From Tubiluchus corallicola (taxonomy: Eukaryota > Animalia > Priapulida), in contig JAQGDQ010000063.1 in the NCBI GenBank assembly GCA_030141605.1, forward strand, positions 496,001 to 560,000: a stretch of 64,000 bases of DNA, in the 5' to 3' direction. The position numbers and the translations under genes were made by a program. Below are positions 51,857-64,000 of this stretch, in pieces. Below the pieces are notes generated by a model. The model was not told the origin of the DNA. It saw only the letters and a list, made by a program, of their open reading frames with translations, and searched no databases. Numbering within the stretch: position 1 is the first letter of the stretch; the number at the start of each line of letters is the position of its first letter.

Positions 51857-54154
51857 TGTTCAAACTTCTTAACTTTATGCCCTTATTTGCTGTATGATCT
51901 TTACTCTTGTAAGTCACAAAGAATACTGGCTGATTACTGTACCTGCATCTTTGACTATTAACTCATTAACCCTGAAAGCATGATTTGCAACTACAGCATT
52001 AAAAGAAAACCGCTAGGCAAGTGATTAAATGTGTAGCGTCTAGAAATTCTTTGGGTAACGAGGTTAATTGTAGTGGGCGAGCGGGTAACAGATTCAAGGC
52101 AAAAGTAGGAAAAGCTGTTTTGGCACATACAAATGTCTTATTTTAAGTAGGTGACGGAATACTGATAGTTTTTATGTATATTTGAAGCGGTCCGTTCCTG
52201 GCATTTTTGAATCAATTGAGCGATTGAGTCTATTAACCGTGAGTCTATTAAGCTGCGACTACTGTAATATAATGTAATACTAAATGTGATCTCTACTGTG
52301 ATGCATGTACTTACAATTGCAATATGCGATTCCAATTGTAGCAAAGAATGCAAGGCCGGATTAACCCAGACTAAGCACCATTAGTGCACCAAGGTGACAA
52401 AAAATAGCAAATTGAAAACAGATAAAAAAATTAAATAAAGTATGTTAAAGATCATGAAAGTCTTACACAGTTCAAAGTGTGAGCTAGAGAGCTACAGGGC
52501 AATAATTATTTTTTTGCTGCTGGCAGGCATCGTACCTTTTTTGTAGCTGATTTATTTAGTTTAAGTTTAATTTTGAAGTAAATGAAAAATTTAAGAGTCA
52601 TTCCGTGAGAAAATCGGCAAAATAGTGGAAGGTGACAAATCACCGATTTTGTTCATATTCACAGGGTTTGATGGCCCCCTCAGATGTACCCCACAGCCAA
52701 AATATTAGATTTCAGAAATGAGCCGTTTCTGAGAAAAGCCGCCATTTTGATTTTTTTCGGATTTTGGCCATTTTGGCGTAAAAAATTGCCCATTATTTCT
52801 CACGTTATTACAGACAGTAAATGAGCGATCCAGCACTAGTTAATTGGTGATATATATAGTAGGGGTCTTACCCTACCGTACCATTATCGTTGCCAAATTG
52901 AACCTCCTTTTCAGTTGGTGTCATCAGATTGCAAAAGATACGTGTCTGCTGCTGCTGAATTTAGACGCCATTTTGAAATCCCCGTAACTCCACTGGGGCG
53001 GGTATTGGGGGACTAATCCATATATTTTTATTTGCAGCTTGACTAGTCCTACAAATGCATGAAATAAAATTTTGGCCAGCGATCTCTCAAGTGTCCAGAA
53101 TTTTTAGCCAAAGTTGCTCTTTTTTGCCATTTTCACAACCTTGACCTATATTTAGCTATTCGCCTTTGGATGACGGTGTTGCCATTAGAATCGATACAAA
53201 GTGCAGCAACGTCAGTGTTTATAGTAATAATGGACTGGCTTTAGATGTCTGGGCACTCCTAGCAACCAGGCCCCTCATCAGGGGGCCCCTGTGACGATTA
53301 TAACATAGTGATTTTTTATAATCTGTGTAAAACACGGAATAGTTTCATGTACATAATAACAGTTTCATGTACAAGTGCTCGGGCTATATACCTATGGCCC
53401 GTGGATCAATACGGGGACCTCGGGTGGGCCCCACTGTCTTGAATGAAAAATAGACTTCAGTCAAAAAGGTTTAGTGTCGCTTTGCTAAACAAGATTCTAA
53501 AGTAAGGCGGACAAGGCGAGGCAAGGCACTATTTGTGAAATTGTGTTGAAACCGCAGCGAGCATCGAATATAACATGTTGCGAACCAATTTTTAAAACAC
53601 GCACAGCTTTGTGTGGTTTTGTATTCAACAGGCGAATAGTTGTCAGTCCCTGATATTTTTCCTCAAATCAATTCGAGTTAATAGTTAGTTAGTTACTAAT
53701 ACCTTGGTGTGGCAACTTTGGCAGCTTCGACAACCAGACTTCTGCTTACTAACAACGGGCATTAACAAAAAAACTGGTTAAGAAACGCAGCAAAGGCCAC
53801 TACGACCCTGCCTCGGCCGTTACACACTAATTCCGACTCTGTGCAACGTATGTTTCAAGCCATTCGCTCATATTGTATTTAACCGCCAGGTTTCCACCGT
53901 CTCGTAAAGATATACGCATATACACCGACTACCATATTCAACTAAACTCTAACGAGAATCAGGGCGCTGACGTTTATAATCGCAAATTTTCAAAATAACA
54001 AAAAGACAACAACAAATTCTTTACGTCCACGACTATTCTTTATTCGCCAATATTCAATGAAAAGTCGCACTATAGTAAATAATAATAAGCTAATAATTGA
54101 TAATACATACAGTAAGCTGCTACTATGTGTTGCTATGGTAACCTCCTTATCAAA

Positions 54155-54339
54155 AGAGACACAGAGAGACAGAGAGACACAGAGAGACAGAAAGAGACAG
54201 AGAGACACACAGAGAGACGGAGAGAGACACAGAGAGACAGACACAGAGAGACAGAGGGAGAGACAGAGAGAGACACAGAGAGACAGAGAGAGGCACAGAG
54301 AGACAGAGAGAGACACAGATAGAGACACAGAGAGACAGA
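54155..54339. repeat. AGAGAC/AGACAC compound satellite abutting the LINE 3' tail
   Basis: Directly visible. Confidence 0.95.
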
Positions 54340-57300
54340 TATAATAATAATAATAATAATAAATCTTTATTAAAGAAATGAATATATATACACAAAGGTG
54401 CCTCTTTTTGCAGGCTCAGATCAACAAATTACATTTTCACATAACAAATCTTTTAAATCCAGTTTCACACTATGTACAACGAATAACATTTTATACTTAA
54501 ATTAGATATAATTTCAAACGAATCACAAGTATTATACAAACAAATTAACTTTACACAACTACATAATTTATTATTTTTTATACTGGAGCGGGCCTAAATT
54601 AACAGTTACTTAGTATAAAATTTTCCCTGATCAGGTTAGTGAAAGCCATTATTAAATTTTTATCAGATTGAAGCATAATATTACGTGTATAATTGGCATC
54701 AGCTATTTCCATGAACGGCATTCTTTTTGCATTATCTATTTTATTACATCTGAATAAAATGTGCTGAGGAGTTTGCTCTTCTTCTCCACATGGACATAAA
54801 CTAGTATCACACATATTAAGTCTATACAAAAAGCTGTTAAAATTCCCCTGACCAGTTAAAAAGGACATGGCAATGGATTCTATTTTCCTTTCATTATTTC
54901 CAAGCGGCAAATTTAAGGGTGTACATTTTATATTCTGTATTTCAACATTATCTCCTCGAAATTGCATAACATGTCTATATTTAGTTGCCCAGGTATAAGA
55001 AACATAATCTGTAATTTGACGTTTGGTATAAATTAACATATTTTCAGGAATTTGTTCAAGATCTGTATTACGAAAGTTTTCATTCCAGACAAATTTTAAA
55101 AAGTTTCTCACAGTCTGCACATTTGTATACATAATATTTTTATAAATATGTCTTCCTGTCAGACGTGTACTACCATACCGCAGAATCTGTTGTTTTACTA
55201 AATCATTAGCGCTCTGACATAATGTCTTAAGACATGATTTAACCACAATTACACTTAGTTCAATGTCTAACGGTGGAAGACCACAAAGTAATTCCAATTT
55301 AGTACGATCTGGTTTAAAAGCCAACCCCGCAGAAACTTTCATTATATCATAGGTTATATCTTCAAATACAGTAAGTTTTTTACCTAACCATACAATAGCA
55401 CCATACAGTATAATCGGCAAAATAGTAGTTTTATAAATATTTACAATGGTAGCAAGTCGCAAACCTGCATATTTACTGCAATTGTTTTTTACTTTCAACC
55501 ATCTATACCATACCTTTTTATGAACATTGCCCGCGTGTTTAACAAATGTTAATTTCCGATCAACAGTTAGGCCTAATATTTTGCTGTCTTCAACAAACAA
55601 TATTTCATTGTTACTAATTTTTAAATTGTCTGGCTTGTTATTTTCATCCCATGCCCCTACTAGCAATGCTTCTGTCTTACCAGGTAACGTATTTATCTTT
55701 AAACGCCATTTCTGGCACCATTTGTGAAGCACATCACAACAGCTTTGTGCAATTGTAACACAAGTTTGCGGGTCTGTATTTGACACATGCAAAGATCCAT
55801 CATCAACATACTTGTACTTTTTAACAGAGTCATGCATATTATAAAACATATCTGCAATGAAAAATATAAACAGTATTGGGGCTATAACTGACCCCTGTGG
55901 GAGTCCTAAATTGCATCGATATTGATCGGACATATAATCATTTATCTTTATGCAGATATTGCGATTTTGTAATATATATGCTATAAGGCGTAGCATAGAC
56001 CCTCGTACATTTGCACAAATAAGTTTAAATAATAAACCTTCAACCCAAACACTGTCGAACGCTTTTTCGTAATCACAGCAAATTGTTATACCGTATGCAT
56101 TATTCAAAATGTCGTCTTCCATATCAGTAACTAATCTGGTTAAATAACGTACTGTATTTTTGCCTTTTATGAAGCCTTCTTGCTCTGTATCAATGCAGTT
56201 TAACTGAAAGAAATGATTTTTAAGTCTATTTGATATTAAACGCTCAACAAGTTTACCTACATACGAAGAAATGGTTATTGGACGATAATTACTGGCATTT
56301 GAATAATCGATTTTGTTAGGTTTTTTAGTGGAATTACTTTCGTGCACGTCCAAGGCCATAATTGATTTTCTAAGCACATATTTGCGATACGTAATACAAT
56401 ATTTTTTGCTACTGGCCCAAAATGTTTTATCATTTTTGGGTGAAACCCATCGGAGTCAAGCGACTTGCCTTCAGTTCGCACTTCACTTACTGCATTTTCT
56501 AATTCTTGTAAATTAAACCAGTTATTTAGACAAAAATTTTCGTTTTGTTCCCAGTCCATAACTGATAATGAGCGTTCAATGTGATTTTTCTAGTTTTCAT
56601 CAAATTCTTCCGCGTTCATGTGTTCCCCACTAAAAAAAGTCTTATATAATAAATCAGCACTATCCGAGGCCGAGACTACAGGTGAGCCATTACTAATTAA
56701 TATATCAACACTATTATTATTATTGCTATTTACACCTTTAAAAATTTGTTTATATGTTTTCCAGAAGATGGCACCTTTTTCTACATTTAGTTTTTCTGTC
56801 TTGCTCTGTAGCCATCTATTCATAGCACTACTAAGTTCACTATCAAAGTTTTCTTTGTCAGTAATATAGATGAGTTTATTTTCGTAGCTTGAGTGTCTTT
56901 TGAACTTCTTCCTGCTGAGTCGAACAAGTCTTGATAACCGTGATAGCTCTGCAGTCCAGAACGGTTTACTGTGAGCACAGATAACTTTACGTTTTAGAGC
57001 CAACATATTACTTTCGGCAATAGTTTCTCTAAACCAGTGCCACATACTAATGACGTCATTGGATAATAACAAGTTATTGAAGACTACGTCGTTTGCCATC
57101 AAGCGCTCGTCTAAGTTACGTGACCATTCTGTCCAATTGCTACCCTTAATGTCGAACACATGTTTCTTTTCTGCCAAATTTGCTTGCGACGTATTAAAGC
57201 TGGATATCACAGGATAATGTCCCATTAAGGGGGCGCCACTAAACAACTCGACCTCACAGTCCACATATTGATTTAACACTATATTTGCCATTTTATCAGT

Positions 57301-57480
57301 TGAAATTATTAAATCGATTGTACTTGCACCAGTACTGGAGCTAAAAGTGCTCGACGATGGAGCAAAAAAAGTTACTTTGCTGTTATTTGCACAAATGAAA
57401 TCTTTGAGCACTTTGCCATTCGCATTATCTGAAGTATCCCACAAAAAACAACGTGCGTTAAAGTCTCCAGTAGCTACAAG
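54340..57480 (-). mobile_element. 5'-truncated non-LTR retrotransposon (I/Jockey-group-like: APE endonuclease, RT, C-terminal CCHC finger; no RNase H seen)
   Basis: GDFNA and TIDLII endonuclease motifs; NYRPITISS, EQEGF, DYEKAFDSVW, GLPQGSVIAPILF, YVDD; CPCGEEEQTPQHILFRC; AATAAA plus (TTA)n tail at 54340-54370. Confidence 0.95.
54599..57480 (-). pseudogene. LINE ORF2 remnant with only two visible lesions
   Basis: In-frame TAG at 56590-56592 and a 1-nt deletion in an A-run at 56321-56326 (IPLK-KPNK) join the three annotated ORFs. Confidence 0.88.
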
Positions 57481-58571
<1,091 letters not shown>

Positions 58572-60220
58572 ACGGTAATTTATCGTTTCTTTTTGAAATT
58601 TTCATTTTTTTTATTCAGAATTATGAATAATTCGTTCTAATTTTTTTCCGATTTAGGTCACATTCAAGATCGAATCTCGTCAATTTATGGACGAGCTGGC
58701 CAAAATTTTATTAATGATCTAAGTATGCCTGGTCAAGCTGTAAATAAACATATATTAATTATACTTCAAATACCCGCCCCAGTGGAGTTATGAGAATTTT
58801 AAAACAGGGTGTCATTCAGACTGTAGCAGACACGCATCTTTCATGAGCTCATGATACCTACTGAAAGAGAATCTCAATTCATCAAACTCAATGTGGCAAT
58901 AGGGCAAGACCCCTACTATATATATCACCCAGCAACTAGTCCTGGATCATTCATTTACTGCCTGTAATGATGTGACAAATATAGGTCATTTTTTTACGTC
59001 AAAATGGCCAAAATCCGAAAAAAATCAAAATGGCGGCGTATCTCCGAAACGGCTCATATTTGATATCTAATATTTTGGCTGTGGGGTACATCTGAGGGGA
59101 TCATCCAACCCTGTGAATATGAACAAAATTGATTTGTCACCTTCCACTATTTTTTTTACTTTTGCATGGTTTTCTCGCGGAATGACTCTTAAGTGGCATA
59201 AATCCTACATAGAGCAATGGAGTTTGTTTTATGTAACAATGCCGCATATTTTGTATCACGTAATACGTATGTTTTGAGCTGTGAAACAGGCAAAGGAGGC
59301 ACCCGGGGCACCAGGTGCTGGGTGTGCTTAGGGCACCAACACACCTAAATCCGGGGCCCTGAAAGAATATCTTTGTAATTTAAGAATGCAAAATAATAAA
59401 ACCCCTGCCTAAACAATAGAGGACTATTAACAGAGCTCATTGACAAAGTGAGTAGAAATGTAGGTCTACTATAAGTATCACCAACATTTTTTTTATTTTG
59501 AAATGATAAGTATAACAAGAAGATTCTGTATTGCTGAATCTACGTTGCACATTATTAATAAGTAAAAACAATACATATGATTAAAAAAATAGCAACAGAA
59601 ACTATAGAAACGTTTTTTTTTGTTTTAACTGGATCAGAGTTGACAGTTAAAGTAAGGTAGTAAGGTAGATTAGATTTGGAAAACTAAGAATTGTCTTTGT
59701 TAGATGTTTCCAACAGTTGGGTAACTACAGATTGCCTCAAAGCCTCACAAAATAAAAAGTATTAAAAATAGAAGAAAAAGAAGATTCAGTAGTGTAGATT
59801 AGATTTGGAAAAATAAAGATTTTCTTTATTAGGTGTTAGTAAATAATAATCCGCAGCCTATTTTTGCTCATATGACCTCTATCTTGGCATGCCAAAAATA
59901 TGAGAATGATTTTAATTTCCTTTACCAAGATAGTGGGTAAGGCAGATCTGAGTAGTTACTGTAGATACTAATACTTGTAAGTGCAAGAAAAATTTTGTAG
60001 AATTACTGAAGAAAAAGTAGGTGAAAATAACAGCCAGCACTCATTTAAGCAAAGACGTGGCTTTTATTCAGACACAACATTTGCAACATTTGGACCAGTT
60101 ATGGCCATGTTTATGCAGCATTGCAATTAGGTGGATTGTTACATGAACAAGGGTAGTTGAAGTTAAAAGTAGATGAGAAAAAAGATATTCCAAACACTGA
60201 CTCAAATGTTTTTTTTCCAG

Positions 60221-60256
60221 ATGTCCTACTTTGCCGAGATGACATTGATGGTCCAG
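60221..60256 (+). CDS. Candidate 36-nt coding microexon of an unidentified gene
   Basis: ttttttttccag|atgtcctactttgccgagatgacattgatggtccag|gtatgt; consensus splice sites, length a multiple of 3, open frames; no homology recognised. Confidence 0.4.
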
Positions 60257-60559
60257 GTATGTTAGGTAAATATTCTTATATTAATTTCAGTTAAACTAGC
60301 AAAGTGGTTCTGATGATATCAAAATAAAATGCCTCTTTAAAGTCCACATTCTGATAATGTCAAAGTAAAGTGCCACCAGTCTAAACATTTTTCTATGGAA
60401 TGTTGAAGCTACTTTTGCTCTTTTTTTAAGAAAATGAAATAAGGTATCCATCAGCTCAACTTCATAAGGAATGGTCCTGCTTCCTTCTATGTTTCCATCA
60501 TCATATTAGGTGCTTCTGTTATGCAACATAATTTGATTCCATGTTTCCATCTACTGCCA

Positions 60560-60780
60560 CATGCCAAGAATTCACATTATTTAAGTCAAGTGGAGTATTT
60601 AATAAGTCTTTCTTCAGAACATCTAAATATGTGATCAGCAGTCCTTCTCTTGGTTTCATCCCAAGTATTAGTGCTTGATGCAATGTTGTAGGAAATGAAG
60701 AATCCTATGGTAATGTAATGATATGTCCAATCCATCTAAGCCGGCGCTTCTCTATGACCATGTTTCCGTACTGTTTCGTA
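60560..60780 (-). mobile_element. Decayed RTE-clade LINE C-terminal remnant
   Basis: KRRLRWIGHIITLP on the - strand, same motif as 6940-6985. Confidence 0.6.
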
Positions 60781-62149
60781 CGTTATAAATATAAGCTGTC
60801 ACAATTTTTCAAAAGTTTTACCGAGAGTAGAAGTAATTGTAACTGGATGCGAATCATCCAGTGATTGTTACTTTTTTTGTTTGAGGATAAGCATGCTGCC
60901 TTCTTGCTGGGATTTGTTCTTTCACAGAGGCATTATAAATGTCTGTGAGGGGAAATATCTGGAAAACTCGTTTTAAAGAGTAGTTAGGAGATCCCTAAGC
61001 AAAGAAGGTTTTTGAAGGGCTAAATGGTGTGATATGGGTTACAGAAGGCAGAAGATGGTTAGTACAATCTAACAATGGTTGCTGTTTGCCACATCAGTAA
61101 AAACGTAATTTGGTTTACTGTTTGCAGCTTGTTTATTAACCGGATAAAAACATTTTGAGCTCACAATTACCAGTAAGTTTTAAAATAGCGTTGTACCATT
61201 GTTTACATTTACAGATAGTATTGTCACAGGCTTTCAGGTAGTAATATGTTTATGGCAGAGGAGATTTCCCCTTGTACACTTCACTATTTCTAAGTTTATG
61301 AGTAATGCTGTCTTGTCATTTAACTTTTTTATGAGCAGTTCGTCATATTGTCAGTTAATAATCACCACTGTAGTAGGCTTACTAGTGGTGATAGTTGTGA
61401 CAAGACTGGAATTTAAGATGTAATTAGATGTAACCTATATCATACCTCAAGACTAGTCTTGGCAGTATACCAGGTGACAGAAGTAGCCACTCAGAAACAA
61501 TTTTCCTGGTAACCATCAATCTATTTACTGCATAGGCTGGGTGTTACTTAAATTCATAGTTAAGCATGTCACTTTCCCTTCAAGGAGGTTTCCAGATGCG
61601 TTGGCTGGTGGCTCCATCTTTACAAAAAATAATGAGAATTCCATAACTAGTTTTTCATTCCTCTTTTTATTTGATTGCATGTCATCGAGATTCTCATTTA
61701 ATGGAAGAATGTCAATAACAATAAACCCATATAAATAATATGTTTTTGATTGTCAGTCAGTAGACTAAGAGTTAGGGTCGTCTTAAGGCAGGGGTGCACA
61801 CTGGGCAGTTTCCCAAGGCTCATTTCTAAAGGCCTAATACTGATGTGTTGTTTGTGTGAGATCTCTTGATAGAATGGATAACTACTTGACTACTCACTGA
61901 AATACAGCATCGAATAGCAGTCAAACGTACTGATGACTCGCGTTTTGTAAGCCATTAAAGTTAGATAGCCTAGTATGTCCCCTTTCCCCTGCTGTGCTAA
62001 AAGTGTTTTTAATGGTTGAAGGAAAACAGGATGATTCTTCGTACCTAACCCATTTTGATATATGGTATAATATATACAAATAATTATTTGTAATAATAAT
62101 AATAATAATGTAATTATAATAATTTATCACAGAGTGTTTGTAATAATAA

Positions 62150-62565
62150 AATAATATGTTAAAAACTTATTTAATGGTGGACAAGCCTAACTGGTGATGA
62201 CAGCACAATTGAACATAATTTTCAACAGCACAAACATTCCACGAGCTTGTCGCATATGTTTGCGAAAATTAAAATTAAACCGTGGTGCTACTTAAAAAAT
62301 GTGATGCACAAAAACTCCTGTTTTGAGTTTAGAATACAGCACCTGTTTTTGTGTAAAGCATTTCTTAGATGCAGGCGCTATTGTCCATCTAACTAGCGAA
62401 TGGCAAAATGCAGATAACAGAGAAGAACTAACTGTACTCTGAACATGAAATTGCATTTCTGTTGTAAAAAATTGTTTCATTTAAGTCATTCTTGAAAAAA
62501 CAGTGGGTTCCCTTTATAAGGTATATTGTTTTGAGCTATAGTCTAAGATTGGACCCAGTTTTCCT
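62150..62565. mobile_element. Kolobok-like dispersed element, copy C
   Basis: Homologous to 42480-42944; ends ggacccagttttcct|TTAA. Confidence 0.65.
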
Positions 62566-64000
62566 TTAAATGTACTTCATAGTTGTTGAGATTGAATCTT
62601 TCAGTTTTTTCTCTTTATAACTCTACATATTTAATAAGAATGTAATTTGTCAATGCTTCTGGTTACTGAGGTATTTGTGTTTAAAACTGGCACTTTCACC
62701 TGAAAGCAAAAGTGGTCTGAAAGAGTAACACATCTGTGTTTTTTGCAATCCGAAATTTCTTGTCACATTGACATTTCACACATAACATAATAAGCTACAG
62801 TTAGGCATATTATTAATTCATAATACAAATTAATAAAAGAGTCCTAAGTTGAAAATAAGACAGACGAAAATGAATTTAAAATCCATTCTCTCGATTATTA
62901 TTCACTTTATTCCTCATTAAAATGCATTGACATATATTTTAAAATCAGAAAGCCAGAAGTCATTTGCACACATATAGAATTAAATTATTTAAAAATTTGA
63001 AATCTAATCTAACACTAAAATCTAAAATCTTAAAGGATCATAATTAAAAGGTTTGAAAATATTAACTTGAGATTCACAAGCAGGATAATACATTTAGCTT
63101 GGATGTTGAATTGTTTTCCAAATATTTACATGCAACAGATACAAATGTCATGTGAAATCTATCTTTCTATTCTGCATTTAAAGCTTTCTTATTATTATGC
63201 AGATTTAGCACATTAAAAAGTTTTGAATTTTTTTAATGAGAATGATGGTGCAGGTGGGAGGGTTTTTTAACTTGCAAACTATCTGTGTTACTGAATTTCT
63301 TATACGACTAGTAAATGAAAGAGTATACTATAGTAATAAGTAAACAATGTTATTTGTTTAATAAGGTTTTTAATAATAATAATCTTTAATGATTTTGTAA
63401 CACAGAATTTTTATCAAAAATGTAAAATGAAACGTGCAGTCTTTTTTCAAAATGGAATTTGAAAAAATAGATACGTAGAAAATAACAGAGGCATGAAAAA
63501 GTTAAATACTGAATTTATATAAATAAGTCATATGTACATTATTTGGAAATTTACAAGTAATAGACGTGTGATTATCATCATTGTAAAGAATTCAAAACTA
63601 TCCTTGATAGTTGGATATAATGAAATAGGCACAGTAAAATATACTATGAGTACTGTAACATAGAAGTAATTCTTAATGACAAAAATTACCTATTAATCAT
63701 GGATATTAAATATGCATATTAATTATGCATACAGCATTAATTTTTTAATTACTTATTATCTTGCAGCCGTGAAGCTAATTAAGTGCTTATTGTTTCATTT
63801 TTATTGTACTGTATCTTCAATTTATTGGACCTATTCAGTTTCTCATAATCATGATAACATAATTTTATCAAATTTATAATTTCATAATTCAAAGTAACAA
63901 ATGAACTATGAACTGTGAACTCTGAATTTTATTTCACACATCAAAAAATACAATATCAAGCATATCAGTAAATTTAAAATAAAATAATTTGAGTAGTGCG

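Larger units (their letters stand above)
47456..52264 (-). mobile_element. Full-length but defective Tigger/pogo DNA transposon
   Basis: 26-bp TIRs cagtagtcgc(c/a)gcttaatagactcac (1 mismatch), TA TSD at 47454-55 and 52265-66, internal transposase remnants. Confidence 0.92.

Noticed and set aside
53990-54395. Overlapping short ORFs on both strands
   Set aside because: Satellite plus LINE tail; low complexity

Overview
AT-rich metazoan (probably invertebrate) genomic DNA, not prokaryotic. The main content is a complete spliced EXOC2/Sec5 gene on the + strand (23 coding exons reconstructed by hand, 12521-38790, about 894 aa, all GT-AG, phases consistent). An intact, intronless RPS15 ORF on the - strand (39918-40358) lies tail-to-tail with it and has processed-retrocopy hallmarks. 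Most of the rest is transposon-derived: RTE-, CR1- and I/Jockey-group LINE pieces, Tigger/pogo and its MITEs, and TTAA-flanked long-TIR (Sola-like), hAT-like, Merlin/MULE-like, Ginger-like and Kolobok-like non-autonomous elements. A multi-level nested stack at 47456-59361 can be ordered from TIRs, TSDs and a restored reading frame. There are weaker hints of two further genes (a - strand promoter near 2.6 kb, and a + strand first exon plus microexon at 46.1 and 60.2 kb). I found no clearly novel biological system. TE superfamily names and human exon-size comparisons come from recalled knowledge and need database confirmation.
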